Source: Sphingobium sp.
GTDB lineage: Bacteria > Pseudomonadota > Alphaproteobacteria > Sphingomonadales > Sphingomonadaceae
Direction of reading: 5' to 3'
Assembly: GCA_041396745.1 (NCBI GenBank)
Contig: JAWKXZ010000002.1
Coordinates: 724,665-788,664, forward strand
Length of the DNA stretch: 64,000 bases
Below the pieces are notes generated by a model, which did not search any database, had not been told where the DNA came from, and saw only the letters and a program-made list of their open reading frames with translations. The position numbers and the translations under genes are program-made. Shown here one piece after another: positions 39,917 through 50,528 of the stretch (the first letter of the stretch is position 1; the number at the start of each line of letters is the position of its first letter).

Positions 39917-41026
39917 TCAGCGCCTGACCATGGTGCTGCGTGCTATCTTGACCACCAGCGGGATCAGGCCGCCATAGTTCGCACCGCGATACGTCGACTG
40001 ATCGCCCAGCTCTGCCGTCAACCGCCGATGCGCTTCAGCCAGAGAGTGATAGGGCATGCTGGGCAGCAAATGGTGCAAGGCGTGATACCGCAGACCCACA
40101 GGAGCCCAAACAGCCGCAAAGGGTACAGGCGGCGGAACATTGACCGAATCGAGGAATTGCGCAGTCACCGTCATCGGCTCACCGTCATTTTCCCAGAGAT
40201 GCGCCACCAGCGTACGCAACTGGTTGAGCACTGCTGTCAGCGAAAAGACGGCGAGCGCGATAAGCAGCGGCCGCCAACCGATCACCTGTGTGCTTGCCAA
40301 CAGCGCGATCGCCCAAAGGCTTGCCCCCAGTTCCTGCCAGAACACCCGGCGCTTGAGCTCCCCCTCCGGCGGGCGACGACGAAAGCCTGGGTTGATAGAC
40401 AGCGCGGAAAACCGCTCCCAGACCAGGCGGCGCAATGGCGGAACCACCAATCCCAGCGGTTTCAGTATGGCAAATCGGAAAAGCAAGGCGGGAGGAGCGA
40501 GCAACGCAACCAGAATGAAGGCCGGCAGCGACCATGGCTTCATCAGCGCAAGCGGCAGATATTCGGGATCCTCTGGCGTTCCATAGCGTGTGCGCGCATG
40601 ATGCAGCGTATGAACGCCTTCATACATGAAAGACGGCGTCAGCATCGGGATGCCGACCAGCACATTCCAGGCCAGACGAAAACCGGGCAGTGCATTTTTG
40701 TGAATATGTGTCAGCTCGTGGATGAACAGCAACGCGCGATAAAGCGCCAGAGCCGCCACAACGCCTGACAGAATGGCAAGCGGCACCGCGTCGATCACTA
40801 TCGCTCCAGCAAGCGCGGCATACCCAATCGCCGCCGAAACGAGCATATCCGACCAGTAAATCTCGGGACGCGCCGTGGATATGTCGCGCGTCAACTCTAC
40901 GGCGGCACGCAGCATCACCGCGTCATCCGCCCCCTTCAGATTGCGTTTCAACCCGATACGCCCGTTGGTCGGAACACCTGCAGAAATGGTTTCAATCACC
41001 GTCATATCAGCGCCCCTAGCGGTCAA
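39917..41026 (-). CDS. Fatty acid desaturase family membrane protein
   Basis: Three histidine boxes: HELTHIH, HTLHH and HALHH. Confidence 0.8.
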   Translation of the reverse strand: MTARGADMTVIETISAGVPTNGRIGLKRNLKGADDAVMLRAAVELTRDISTARPEIYWSDMLVSAAIGYAALAGAIVIDAVPLAILSGVVAALALYRALLFIHELTHIHKNALPGFRLAWNVLVGIPMLTPSFMYEGVHTLHHARTRYGTPEDPEYLPLALMKPWSLPAFILVALLAPPALLFRFAILKPLGLVVPPLRRLVWERFSALSINPGFRRRPPEGELKRRVFWQELGASLWAIALLASTQVIGWRPLLIALAVFSLTAVLNQLRTLVAHLWENDGEPMTVTAQFLDSVNVPPPVPFAAVWAPVGLRYHALHHLLPSMPYHSLAEAHRRLTAELGDQSTYRGANYGGLIPLVVKIARSTMVRR

Positions 41027-41146
41027 ATGCGCGCAGATCGTGGCAGCAACATGACATAATCATTGTCGTGACCAACGGTCCAGCTTAACAGGTTCCCGGA
41101 AAAATTTCCTACAATCAGTCAAACCCCTCAGCCAAAAGGCGTTGCC

Positions 41147-42304
41147 GTGACCTCATCGGACCTAGTGATTGCTCCCGTTTCCGGCAAGGCCGAACTCAAA
41201 ACCTTCGTCGACTTCGCTTGGGAGGTATATCGGGACGATCCGGCCTGGGTACCTCCGCTGAAAGACGAAGTTCTTGGCATGCTGACACCCGGCAAGAACC
41301 CGTTTTTCGAGCATGCGCGCGCGCAATATTTCCTCGCACGGCGCGACGGGAAGGTCACCGGGCGCATCTCCGCCCATATCGATGAACTCGCCCTCACTAT
41401 GCCACCCGAACAGGGGATGGGTCCGGGAACCGCCTTCTGGGGCATGTTCGACGCATTGGATGAGGATAGCGCCAAAGCACTGATCACCGCTGCGGAAGAC
41501 TGGCTGCGCGGCCAGGGCATGACGCGCGCTCTGGGGCCAGTCTCGCTTTCCATCTGGGAAGAACCCGGGTTGCTGACGTCGGGTCACGATCATCCGCCTA
41601 CCGTGATGATGGGCCATCACCGACCGGAATATGAGGCATGGGTCAAGGCTGCCGGCTATGATGGCGTCAAGGAGCTGCGCACATATGATGTGAATATCAC
41701 GAATGGCTTCCCTCCACTCATTCAACGCATTGTTCAGTCAGGCGAGAAAAACCCCCGCATCCGTATTCGCAAGGTCGACAAGAGCAAATTCGACAGCGAG
41801 GCAGCTATCATCCTCGGCATCCTCAACGATGCATGGGGCGACAATTGGGGTTTTGTCCCGATCACCGATTCGGAGGTCGCCTTTACGGGCAAAAAGCTGA
41901 AACCGATCGTTTTTGAAGACCTGATCCGTATCGCGGAGCTCGATGGTGAACCTGTCGCCTTCATGATGACTTTGCCGGATCTGAATGAAGCACTGAAATC
42001 GCTCAACGGGTCACTGTTCCCGTTCGGGTGGGTTAAATTATTGTGGTGGCTCAGAAAACCGAAGCTGCGCACCATGCGCGTTCCTTTGATGGGCGTTGTC
42101 AAACGGCTGCAGGCCTCTCGTATGGCGAGCCAGCTCGCTTTCATGATGATTGAATATATCCGTCGTGATGCAATCGCCCGCTACGGCGCATCTCGCGGGG
42201 AAATCGGCTGGATCCTTGATGACAATCAGGGAATGAACGCCATTGCCGATGCCATCAACAGCAGCGTCAACAAAACCTATGTGATTTATGAGAAGCGCAT
42301 CTGA
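41147..42304 (+). CDS. GNAT-like acyltransferase of unknown specificity; possible bacterial ceramide synthase candidate
   Basis: A 385-aa soluble protein with an N-acyltransferase-like architecture. GTG start. The ceramide synthase idea comes from context only. Confidence 0.55.
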   Translation: MTSSDLVIAPVSGKAELKTFVDFAWEVYRDDPAWVPPLKDEVLGMLTPGKNPFFEHARAQYFLARRDGKVTGRISAHIDELALTMPPEQGMGPGTAFWGMFDALDEDSAKALITAAEDWLRGQGMTRALGPVSLSIWEEPGLLTSGHDHPPTVMMGHHRPEYEAWVKAAGYDGVKELRTYDVNITNGFPPLIQRIVQSGEKNPRIRIRKVDKSKFDSEAAIILGILNDAWGDNWGFVPITDSEVAFTGKKLKPIVFEDLIRIAELDGEPVAFMMTLPDLNEALKSLNGSLFPFGWVKLLWWLRKPKLRTMRVPLMGVVKRLQASRMASQLAFMMIEYIRRDAIARYGASRGEIGWILDDNQGMNAIADAINSSVNKTYVIYEKRI

Positions 42305-42333
42305 CACGCGTAACTTTGTGCATTTACAAAGCC

Positions 42334-42362
42334 GCATCGGCTCAGGCATAATCCGCCGATGC
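42334..42362 (+). terminator. Hairpin GCATCGGC(13-nt loop)GCCGATGC downstream of the GNAT-like gene
   Basis: 8-bp perfect stem read directly. The T-tract (CATTTG) is weak. Confidence 0.35.
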
Positions 42363-42387
42363 CATTTGCGCCCCTTGACCGTCTTTT

Positions 42388-43779
42388 ATGACGGTGACCA
42401 CCCCTATCACGGCGCAGGCTGCGATGATTGAGAGCGATGCCCTGCTTGCGGCCATCGTGCGCTCTTCGTCCGACGCCATCGTCAGCAAAGATCTGAACGG
42501 CATCGTGATGAGCTGGAATCCGGCGGCGCGGCGTATATTCGGATTTACTGCTGAACAGATGATCGGACAGTCGATCCGCAAACTCATCCCTTCAGACCTT
42601 CAGTTTGAGGAGGACATGATCCTCGACCGGATAAAAGAAGGCGAACAGATCAAGGGGTTCCAGACTATCCGCCTGACGGCATCCGGCATGAAAATTCCCG
42701 TGTCGGTAACCGTTTCGCCGGTGAAAGATTCGAACGGCACCATCATCGGCGCATCGAAGATCGCACGCGACATGCGGGAATCAACCGCAATCGATGAACG
42801 GTTGAAAGACACCGAGCAACGCCTGCATATGCTGGCCGATAACATCTCCCAGTTCGCATGGATCGCGGATGCGGAGGGATATATCTTTTGGTACAATCGC
42901 CGCTGGTACGACTATACCGGCACGACGCTCGAGGACATGAAGGGCTGGGGCTGGAAGGCCGTTCACCACCCCGATCATGTCGATCGTGTGGTTGAGCGCA
43001 TTCAGCGCAGTTGGGACACTGGCGAAGAATGGGAAGACGTATTCCCATTGCGCAGCAAGACCGGCGAATATCGCTGGTTTCTCTCCCGCGCGATGCCCGT
43101 TCGCAACGACCAGGGCGAGATCCACTGCTGGTTCGGGACAAATACCGATATCACGGAAGAGCGCGAACAGCGCGAACAGATCCGCCTGTTGATGCGCGAA
43201 GTCAGCCATCGCAACAAGAACATGCTCTCGATGGTCCAGGCGTTAGCGCGACGAACAGCGCCCGCCGAACATCCAGAATTCGTTCAAAGTTTTGAGGAAC
43301 GCCTGCGCGCTCTGGCGGCCAATCAGGAATTGCTGGTCGATCGCAAGTGGACGGGCGTGCAAATGGCCGAACTCGCGCGCACACAACTCTATCTCGTCGA
43401 GGACCTGGTCGAAAGTCGCGTCGTCATTTCAGGCCCCGATATTCTGATCAAGCCGACGCCCGCCGAAACGATCAGCATGGCACTGCACGAACTGGCGACG
43501 AACGCAACGAAATATGGGGCGTTGTCCAACGATGCGGGCAAGGTCGAAATCAGCTGGACGATCGAAGAAGACGCGGATGGCAGAGAGCAATTCACCCTTT
43601 CATGGACTGAAAGCGGCGGACCGCTGGTTCAAACGCCCGACCATGAGGGTTTCGGTAGCACTGTCATCAGACGCGTCCCGGCCATCAGCCTGAACGCCGA
43701 GGTGGAGAACGACTTCAGACCCGAGGGGCTGGCCTGGTCGATCCGCTGCGACTCTGCGCGGGTACTCGACGACGAATAG
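42388..43779 (+). CDS. PAS-domain sensor histidine kinase, HWE/HisKA_2 family
   Basis: Two PAS/PAC regions (IVSKDLNGIVMSWNPAARRIFG; WFGTNTDITE), the H-box EVSHRNKNMLSMVQAL, and a C-terminal HATPase region. Confidence 0.85.
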   Translation: MTVTTPITAQAAMIESDALLAAIVRSSSDAIVSKDLNGIVMSWNPAARRIFGFTAEQMIGQSIRKLIPSDLQFEEDMILDRIKEGEQIKGFQTIRLTASGMKIPVSVTVSPVKDSNGTIIGASKIARDMRESTAIDERLKDTEQRLHMLADNISQFAWIADAEGYIFWYNRRWYDYTGTTLEDMKGWGWKAVHHPDHVDRVVERIQRSWDTGEEWEDVFPLRSKTGEYRWFLSRAMPVRNDQGEIHCWFGTNTDITEEREQREQIRLLMREVSHRNKNMLSMVQALARRTAPAEHPEFVQSFEERLRALAANQELLVDRKWTGVQMAELARTQLYLVEDLVESRVVISGPDILIKPTPAETISMALHELATNATKYGALSNDAGKVEISWTIEEDADGREQFTLSWTESGGPLVQTPDHEGFGSTVIRRVPAISLNAEVENDFRPEGLAWSIRCDSARVLDDE

Positions 43780-43782
43780 GGA

Positions 43783-45123
43783 TCAACGGCTTCCGGGGAA
43801 TTCCGTCGCCGAAAATCTGACTGCCTCACCGACGGCATCATTGGCCAGCGTGTCTTCCCACATCACCTTGTGACCACGGACAAATGTACCGACTGCCTTG
43901 CCGGTCAACTCCATGCCGTCAAATGGTGACCAACCGCAGCGGGACGCAAGCCATTGGGGACCAATGGTCCAGCGCTTCTTCAGATCAACGACGGTGAAAT
44001 CGGCATCATAGCCCAAGGCAATGCGCCCCTTGCCCACCAGACCGAATATCCGTTGCGGCCCGGCGCTTGTCATTTCGATGAAGCGTTGCAGGGTCAACCG
44101 CCCGTTCGCGACATGGTCGAGGAACAGCGGCACGAGCGTCTGCACGCCCGGCATTCCACTCGGCGAAGCAGGATAGCTCTTCGCCTTTTCTTCGATGGTG
44201 TGCGGCGCATGATCGGACCCGATAACATCGGGCACGCCGCGGTTGAGCCAATGCCACAACCCTTCCCTGTGCGCCTCGGACCGGATCGGTGGGTTCATCT
44301 GCGCATAGGTACCGAGCCGCGGATAGGCGTCTTCACCGGAAAGCGTCAGGTGCTGCGGCGTGACCTCACAGGTCGCCACATCCTTGTTGCGCGCAATATA
44401 TTCCAGTTCAGCGGGCGTCGTGATGTGAAGGATATGGATGTGGCGCTTGGCCGCGCGGGCGAGCGCGATGATTCTCTTGGTCGCCATCATCGCGCTTTCA
44501 TCGTCGCGCCAGACGGGATGCGAAGACGGGTCTCCTTCGACGCGCAGATCTTTACGCGCATTCATCCGCGCTTCGTCTTCTGCGTGGATCGCTACGCGGC
44601 GCGAGCCCGATGCCAGCACGCGGGCCAGCGCTGCGTCGTCATCGACCAGCAGGCTGCCGGTTGAGGCGCCCATGAAGATCTTCACGCCTGCGGTACCCGG
44701 GACACGTTCCAGGTCTTTCAACTCTTCTGCATTTTCAGCGGTCGCGCCGACATAGAAGGCATGGTCGCACCACATGCGATGATGCGCGCGGGACAGCTTG
44801 TCGGCGATACGATCGGCCGTGTCCGTATTGGGGTTGGTGTTGGGCATTTCGAAAACAGCGGTAACGCCGCCCAACACAGCCGCGCGGCTGCCCGATTCCA
44901 GATCTTCCTTGTGCTCGAGGCCCGGTTCGCGAAAATGCACCTGACTGTCGATCACACCGGGCAGCACGTCGAGTCCGGCACAATCGACCACCTCACCGGC
45001 ATCGCCAAGATCCGTGCCGATTGCGACGATCTTTCCGCCCGTCACCCCGATATCGGCGGTCCCTGCCCCGCCGGGTGTGTGAACAGTGCCGTTTTTGAGG
45101 ATGAGATCGAAAGTGCTGGGCAT
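43783..45123 (-). CDS. pyrC: Dihydroorotase (cyclic amidohydrolase family)
   Basis: VIDSQVHFREPG...GGVTAVFEMPNTNP...HAED...GSDHAPH. Confidence 0.8.
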   Translation of the reverse strand: MPSTFDLILKNGTVHTPGGAGTADIGVTGGKIVAIGTDLGDAGEVVDCAGLDVLPGVIDSQVHFREPGLEHKEDLESGSRAAVLGGVTAVFEMPNTNPNTDTADRIADKLSRAHHRMWCDHAFYVGATAENAEELKDLERVPGTAGVKIFMGASTGSLLVDDDAALARVLASGSRRVAIHAEDEARMNARKDLRVEGDPSSHPVWRDDESAMMATKRIIALARAAKRHIHILHITTPAELEYIARNKDVATCEVTPQHLTLSGEDAYPRLGTYAQMNPPIRSEAHREGLWHWLNRGVPDVIGSDHAPHTIEEKAKSYPASPSGMPGVQTLVPLFLDHVANGRLTLQRFIEMTSAGPQRIFGLVGKGRIALGYDADFTVVDLKKRWTIGPQWLASRCGWSPFDGMELTGKAVGTFVRGHKVMWEDTLANDAVGEAVRFSATEFPGSR

Positions 45124-45165
45124 GGTGCTTTGGTCCTTGGCGTGGGCGTGATCACGTCCTACCTA

Positions 45166-45921
45166 ATGCGCATGCCCGATGCCACCCAATATGCCACCAC
45201 CCTGCAAGATCGCGCGATCATCCGTGTATCGGGCGAGGAAGCCCGCACATTCCTGCAAGGGCTGATCACGCAAGATGCTGTTACGCTGACGCCCGATGCC
45301 CCGCGCTGGAGTGGCCTACTGACACCGCAGGGCAAAGCCCTGTTCGATTTCATCCTGTGGGCGGACCGCGACGATATTCTGATCGATTGCGAGGCCGCTC
45401 AAGCCGACGCGCTGGCCCGTCGCCTCACTCTGTACCGGCTACGTCGAAAGGTCGTGATCGCGCGCGACGACACAATTGCCGTCCACTGGGCAAAGGATGC
45501 CGCCGGAAAACCACTCGACCCGCGATTGCCGGAACTCGGCCACCGCTGGCTGGCCCCACCGGCCAAAGGCGATGCAAGCGCCGCCTTTCGCGCCCACCGA
45601 CTGTCATTGGGCGTGACAGAGGGTGTTCAGGAAATTGGCAGCGACAAGACGCTATGGCTCGAAGCGAATGCGCAGGAGCTGAACGGTGTGGATTACAAGA
45701 AGGGCTGTTATGTCGGGCAGGAAAATACCGCCCGCATGCATTATCGCAGCAAGGTCAATCGCCGTCTGGTCGTGCTTCCGCTCGACCGGTCCGAACCCGC
45801 GCGACAGGTGACTGAGATCCCTGACCTGGGCCTCGCGGTCGATCATCGCCGCGTTGAGGATCTGAGCGACATCGATCTGCCTTCCTGGTTGGCACAGGCA
45901 ATCGGTCAGGAGACGGCGTGA
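45166..45921 (+). CDS. ygfZ: Folate-binding protein YgfZ (GcvT-like)
   Basis: RAIIRVSGEEARTFLQGLITQD and the signature KKGCYVGQENTARMHYR. Start at the internal ATG 45166; the upstream part of the track ORF is antisense to pyrC. Confidence 0.75.
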   Translation: MRMPDATQYATTLQDRAIIRVSGEEARTFLQGLITQDAVTLTPDAPRWSGLLTPQGKALFDFILWADRDDILIDCEAAQADALARRLTLYRLRRKVVIARDDTIAVHWAKDAAGKPLDPRLPELGHRWLAPPAKGDASAAFRAHRLSLGVTEGVQEIGSDKTLWLEANAQELNGVDYKKGCYVGQENTARMHYRSKVNRRLVVLPLDRSEPARQVTEIPDLGLAVDHRRVEDLSDIDLPSWLAQAIGQETA

Positions 45922-46676
45922 AGCTGTTCGCGCCGTTCGTCGCGCTTGCGCTGCTATTCTCGACGCCAGCCTGTGCGGACACGCAATGGAAGCTCGTCCG
46001 CAGCTACCCCCATGATGCCGGAGCGTTCACGCAGGGCCTGCTCTTTCACGATGGCAGCCTGTACGAAAGTACCGGCCAATATGGCGCGTCGAGCATAAGG
46101 GAAGTCCGGCTGAAGGATGGCAAGGTGTTGCGGGAGCATGCCCTGCCCGGCGTGTATTTCGGCGAAGGCATGACCTTGTGGAACGACACGCTGCTGACGC
46201 TAACATGGCGCAATGGCCTCGGCTTTTGCTGGAGCAGGATCGATTTCGATCAGACCTGCAGCTTTTCCTATGACGGCGAAGGATGGGGTCTCACCCATGA
46301 CGGCGAGTCACTGATCATGAGCGACGGGACTGCCGACATCCGGTTTCTGAACCCGGAAACCTATGCCGAGCAACGCAGAATCACGGTGACGTGGAATGAC
46401 CGGCCCGTTTCCCGCCTCAACGAGCTGGAATTTGTGAAGGGCGAAATCCTTGCCAATGTCTGGATGACCGATCGCATCGCACGGATCGACCCGGAAACCG
46501 GTAAGGTGATTGACTGGATCGACCTCTCCAAACTGACCCAAAAGGCGCAGCCGTCAAGCTATGACGCTGTCCTGAACGGCATCGCCTATGACGCCAAAGC
46601 GGACCGCCTGTTCGTGACCGGCAAATATTGGCCCAAACTGTTCGAGATTGAGCTTAAAACTGGCCCAACACGATAG
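45918..46676 (+). CDS. Glutaminyl-peptide cyclotransferase (bacterial/plant type)
   Basis: Signal peptide, then YPHDAGAFTQGLLFHDGSLYESTGQYGASSIREV...ANVWMTDRIARIDPETGKV. Confidence 0.8.
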   Translation: MKLFAPFVALALLFSTPACADTQWKLVRSYPHDAGAFTQGLLFHDGSLYESTGQYGASSIREVRLKDGKVLREHALPGVYFGEGMTLWNDTLLTLTWRNGLGFCWSRIDFDQTCSFSYDGEGWGLTHDGESLIMSDGTADIRFLNPETYAEQRRITVTWNDRPVSRLNELEFVKGEILANVWMTDRIARIDPETGKVIDWIDLSKLTQKAQPSSYDAVLNGIAYDAKADRLFVTGKYWPKLFEIELKTGPTR

Positions 46677-46787
46677 GTATCCGGATGCCCCGCCCATCGT
46701 TCAGTTCATAAACCCAAAATATTAGGAATGAGGTTACTACGGCGCGCTATCATCGGTGACATGAATGAATTGACGGAGGAAACTTCA

Positions 46788-46922
46788 GTGAAAAAGGCTC
46801 TTGTTGCGCTCGTTCTGCTGGCTGGCTTCGGCACATCGGGTTGCGTGGCGTTGCTCGCTGGCGCCGCTGGTGCGGGTGCCGTCGCATGCACCGAAAAGGA
46901 AATCGACTGCCCGGTCGACTAA
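46788..46922 (+). CDS. Small putative lipoprotein (44 aa)
   Basis: GTG at 46788 is preceded by GGAGGA. VKKALVALVLLAGFGTSGC is a signal/lipobox-like sequence. Confidence 0.4.
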   Translation: MKKALVALVLLAGFGTSGCVALLAGAAGAGAVACTEKEIDCPVD

Positions 46923-46971
46923 CGAAATGGGTACCCGGCCTCTGCGTTTATAAGCCCGTTCAGATCCGGGC

Positions 46972-48084
46972 CTAAACCCGCATCGGCATCAGCACGTAGA
47001 GCGCAGGCGACTTGTCATTTTCACGGATCAGCGTCGGTGCGGCCTGATCGGCAAGGTGCAGCTCCACCAGATCGCCTTCCAGCTGCTGCAGGATATCCAG
47101 CAGATAGCGCGCATTGAAACCGATTTCGAAGCCTTCCGATGCATAGTCGCCCGGCACCTCTTCGGCAGCCGTGCCATTTTCCGGGCTGGTGACCGACAGC
47201 GTGATCTTGTCCTTGTCGAGCGCCATCTTCACCGCGCGCGTCTTTTCCGTAGCGATCGTGGCGACACGGTCGACGCCGTCCTCGAAACTACGCGGATCGA
47301 TCTTCAGCAACTTATCGTTGCCGGTCGGAATGACGCGGCTATAGTCGGGGAATGTGCCGTCGATCAGCTTGCTCGTCAGAATGGCATTGCCGATGCTAAA
47401 CCGGATCTTGCTGGCCGAAAGCGCGATATCGACGCTGCCCTCCACCTCGTCGAGCAGCTTGCGCAGCTCCGCAATGCATTTGCGAGGGACAATGATGTCG
47501 GGCATCCCCTCGGCGCCATCGGGCCGGGCAACCGTCACGCGCGCCAGCCTGTGGCCGTCGGTCGCGGCGGCCTTCAGCACCGGCTGCGGGTCTTCCGACA
47601 CATGGAAGAAAATACCGTTGAGATAATAGCGCGTTTCCTCGGTCGAGATGGCAAAGCGCGTCTTGTCGATGATCTGCTTTAGCGTTTCGGCCGGCAGCGA
47701 GAAGTTGGTCGGCAGATCGCCCTCGGCAATAATCGGGAAATCGTCGCGCGGCAGCGTCGAGAGGTTGAAGCGCGCGCGTCCCGCCTGAATCAGCATCTTG
47801 CCGTCGGCCGCCTGCATGGACACCTGGCTGCCCTCAGGCAGCTTGCGGGCGATGTCGAACAGGGTGTGCGCCGATATCGTCGTCGACCCCGCTGTTTCAA
47901 CCTGCGCCTGAACCTGCTCCACCACCTGAAGGTCAAGATCAGTCGCCATCAGGCGGATCGTGCCGTCGGCAGCCGCCTCTATCAGCACGTTGGACAGGAT
48001 CGGAATGGTATTGCGGCGCTCCACCACCGACTGGACGTGGCTCAAGCTCTTGAGCAGCGTTGCGCGTTCGATGGTTGCCTTCAT
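46972..48084 (-). CDS. dnaN: DNA polymerase III beta sliding clamp
   Basis: MKATIERATLLKSLSHVQSVVERRNTIPILSNVLIEA...LMPMRV. Confidence 0.95.
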   Translation of the reverse strand: MKATIERATLLKSLSHVQSVVERRNTIPILSNVLIEAAADGTIRLMATDLDLQVVEQVQAQVETAGSTTISAHTLFDIARKLPEGSQVSMQAADGKMLIQAGRARFNLSTLPRDDFPIIAEGDLPTNFSLPAETLKQIIDKTRFAISTEETRYYLNGIFFHVSEDPQPVLKAAATDGHRLARVTVARPDGAEGMPDIIVPRKCIAELRKLLDEVEGSVDIALSASKIRFSIGNAILTSKLIDGTFPDYSRVIPTGNDKLLKIDPRSFEDGVDRVATIATEKTRAVKMALDKDKITLSVTSPENGTAAEEVPGDYASEGFEIGFNARYLLDILQQLEGDLVELHLADQAAPTLIRENDKSPALYVLMPMRV

Positions 48085-48297
48085 CCCTGTTCCGTTCCCG
48101 CTCTAATTTTCATTCGCACTATTGCCCCCCCGCAAGAATCTCAATGGGAAAGGCTACAATCGGACAATCTTCATTAACGACAATCAACCGCGGAGCAAGC
48201 CGAAGCGGTGCCATTATTGCGATAATGCTGTGGTTTTTCCACACGTGCCGCGGCAATGCGCTTGCAAATGTCCCGTTCATGCGCTTTCCCCGGTGGG

Positions 48298-48786
48298 ATG
48301 AGATGGATTTGTGTTCTTTCGGCAGTCGCGGCAGCGCTCTGCGTACCAGCGCAGGCGCGCGATTCGCTGGGCGTGTTCGATCAATGGGGCGCGTTTCGCG
48401 ATGCCAAAGGGCCGCGTTGCTATGCCATTGCCGAGCCCGCAAGAACATCATCAGGGCGAGGCAATCTGCGCGCTTTCGCCGCTGTCGGCACATGGCCGAA
48501 AAACGGCGTGCGGGGGCAAGTGCATTTTCACCTGAGCCGCGAACGCGCGGATGGCAGCGCGCTGTGGCTGAGCATTGGGGAGCGCCGTTTCGCACTCATG
48601 GCCGGTAAGACCGACGCATGGGCGCAGGAAAAGCGCATGGACGCCGCCATCGTCGCGGCGATGCGGTCCTCGGTCAGGATGAGCGTGGAGGGAAAGGCGA
48701 AAAATGGCCGTTCCTTCTATGACATCTATACGCTCAAAGGCGCGGCAACCGCGATGGACGCTGCTGCGCTGGGATGCGCGAAGTGA
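48298..48786 (+). CDS. Hypothetical secreted protein
   Basis: MRWICVLSAVAAALCVPAQA is a signal peptide. Start chosen at the internal ATG. Family uncertain. Confidence 0.55.
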   Translation: MRWICVLSAVAAALCVPAQARDSLGVFDQWGAFRDAKGPRCYAIAEPARTSSGRGNLRAFAAVGTWPKNGVRGQVHFHLSRERADGSALWLSIGERRFALMAGKTDAWAQEKRMDAAIVAAMRSSVRMSVEGKAKNGRSFYDIYTLKGAATAMDAAALGCAK

Positions 48787-48796
48787 CGCAGCGAAC

Positions 48797-49210
48797 CTAG
48801 AAGCGCTTGATCAAACGCCTGACGCTGCTCGGGCCGGAACCGGGTTCCCGCGTACGTTCTGCTCCAACTTCCTTTTCCAGAGCGGCGCGAATCGCCTCAA
48901 GCTCGTGCTCGGTCATATGCTCGATGCCGATGAACTGGTTGCGCGCCTTGTCCACCGCACGGATGAGCTCGTCCAGTTTGGCCTGCATGGCGGCAGCGTC
49001 GCGGTTCTGACTGTTCTGGATGACGAACACCATCAGGAAGGTGACGATGGTCGTCGAGGTATTCACGATCAGCTGCCACGTGTCGGAATAGTGGAATACC
49101 GGGCCGGTCAGCGCCCAGACGACAATCGCGAGGATGGCGATAATGAATGCCCATGGCTGCCCTACGGCTGCGGATACGGCGGTGGAAATGCGGGTGAAGA
49201 AACGGTCCAT
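48797..49210 (-). CDS. Low-affinity iron permease family protein
   Basis: [22 protein letters not shown]...[27 protein letters not shown]. Start at the internal ATG 49210. Confidence 0.7.
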   Translation of the reverse strand: MDRFFTRISTAVSAAVGQPWAFIIAILAIVVWALTGPVFHYSDTWQLIVNTSTTIVTFLMVFVIQNSQNRDAAAMQAKLDELIRAVDKARNQFIGIEHMTEHELEAIRAALEKEVGAERTREPGSGPSSVRRLIKRF

Positions 49211-49289
49211 CTTTCGGGCCTCCGGCGGTGCGAACCAAACCGGCGAAAGGGCTGGCGGTTCCGCCGCTGTCATACTATATGCCGCGCCC

Positions 49290-50528
49290 ATGCAAATCCC
49301 CGGACATATCGACCCCGTGCCCGTTCCGCGCGCCATCACGCCGCGCGAGGATGGCCGTGTCGACCTGATGGGCCTTTCGCGCGCACAGATCCGCGCGGAG
49401 CTGGAAGCGGCTGGCCTCGATGTCAAACAGGCGAAGCTGCGGTCGAAGCAGATTTTCCATTGGCTCTACCATCGCGGCGTCACCGAATTCGATGCCATGA
49501 CGGACATCGCGAAGGCGCAACGCCCGTTTCTGGCTGAGCGCTTCGTCATCGGTCGCCCGCAAGTGGTCGAGGCACAAGTCAGCACCGACGGCACACGCAA
49601 ATGGCTGCTCCGTTCCGACGACGGGCAGGATTATGAGATGGTGTTCATCCCCGATGCGGACCGGGGCACATTGTGCGTTTCCAGCCAGGTGGGCTGCACG
49701 CTCAACTGCCGATTCTGCCACACCGGCACCATGCGCCTTGTCCGCAACCTGACGCCGGGCGAAATCGTCGGGCAGGTGATGTTGGCGCGCGACGCGCTGG
49801 GCGAATGGCCCAAGGGCAATATGGCGGGCTTCGGCGAGGAAGAGGAAAGCGACGACACGCCGCACTATTCGACCGATGGCCGCATGCTGACCAACATCGT
49901 GATGATGGGCATGGGCGAGCCGCTTTATAATTTCGACAATGTGCGCGATGCATTGAAGGTCGTGATGGACGGCGACGGGCTGTCGCTGTCGAAGCGCCGC
50001 ATTACCCTATCGACTAGTGGCGTGGTGCCGATGATGGCGCGCGCGGGCGAAGAGATCGGCGTCAACCTCGCCGTGTCGCTGCATGCGGTGACAAAGGAAA
50101 TCCGCGACGAGATCGTCCCGCTCAATCGCAAATATGGTATCGAGGAATTGCTGGCAGCCTGCGCCGCCTATCCCGGTGCGAACAATGCACGGCGCATCAC
50201 GTTCGAATATGTGATGCTGAAGGACAAGAATGACAGCGACGAGGACGCGCGCGAGCTTGTCCGCCTGATCCGCAAATACAAGCTGCCCGCCAAGGTCAAT
50301 TTGATCCCGTTCAATCCATGGCCGGGCGCGATCTACGACACATCCACGCCAGAGCGCGTGAAGCGTTTTTCCGACATCGTTTTCGAGGCAGGCATTTCAG
50401 CGCCGGTGCGTACGCCGCGCGGCCGCGATATTGCAGCGGCCTGCGGCCAGCTTAAAACACAGGCGCAGAAAATGAGCCGGGCGGAACTGGACCGGCTGGC
50501 CGAAGAAAAACAGGCCGCGCTTGGCTGA
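49290..50528 (+). CDS. rlmN: 23S rRNA/tRNA (adenine-C2)-methyltransferase, radical SAM
   Basis: [18 protein letters not shown] (CxxxCxxC), MGMGEPLYN, and the C-terminal ACGQL. Confidence 0.9.
   Translation: MQIPGHIDPVPVPRAITPREDGRVDLMGLSRAQIRAELEAAGLDVKQAKLRSKQIFHWLYHRGVTEFDAMTDIAKAQRPFLAERFVIGRPQVVEAQVSTDGTRKWLLRSDDGQDYEMVFIPDADRGTLCVSSQVGCTLNCRFCHTGTMRLVRNLTPGEIVGQVMLARDALGEWPKGNMAGFGEEEESDDTPHYSTDGRMLTNIVMMGMGEPLYNFDNVRDALKVVMDGDGLSLSKRRITLSTSGVVPMMARAGEEIGVNLAVSLHAVTKEIRDEIVPLNRKYGIEELLAACAAYPGANNARRITFEYVMLKDKNDSDEDARELVRLIRKYKLPAKVNLIPFNPWPGAIYDTSTPERVKRFSDIVFEAGISAPVRTPRGRDIAAACGQLKTQAQKMSRAELDRLAEEKQAALG

Noticed and set aside
44761-45165. Long N-terminal extension of the ygfZ ORF (386 aa in the track)
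   Set aside because: The extension is antisense to pyrC. The conserved YgfZ N-terminus begins at the ATG at 45166.
46972-48084. dnaN without adjacent dnaA or recF, as a possible sign of rearrangement or a second clamp
   Set aside because: Separation of dnaN from dnaA is common in alphaproteobacteria. The protein looks like a full-length canonical beta clamp.
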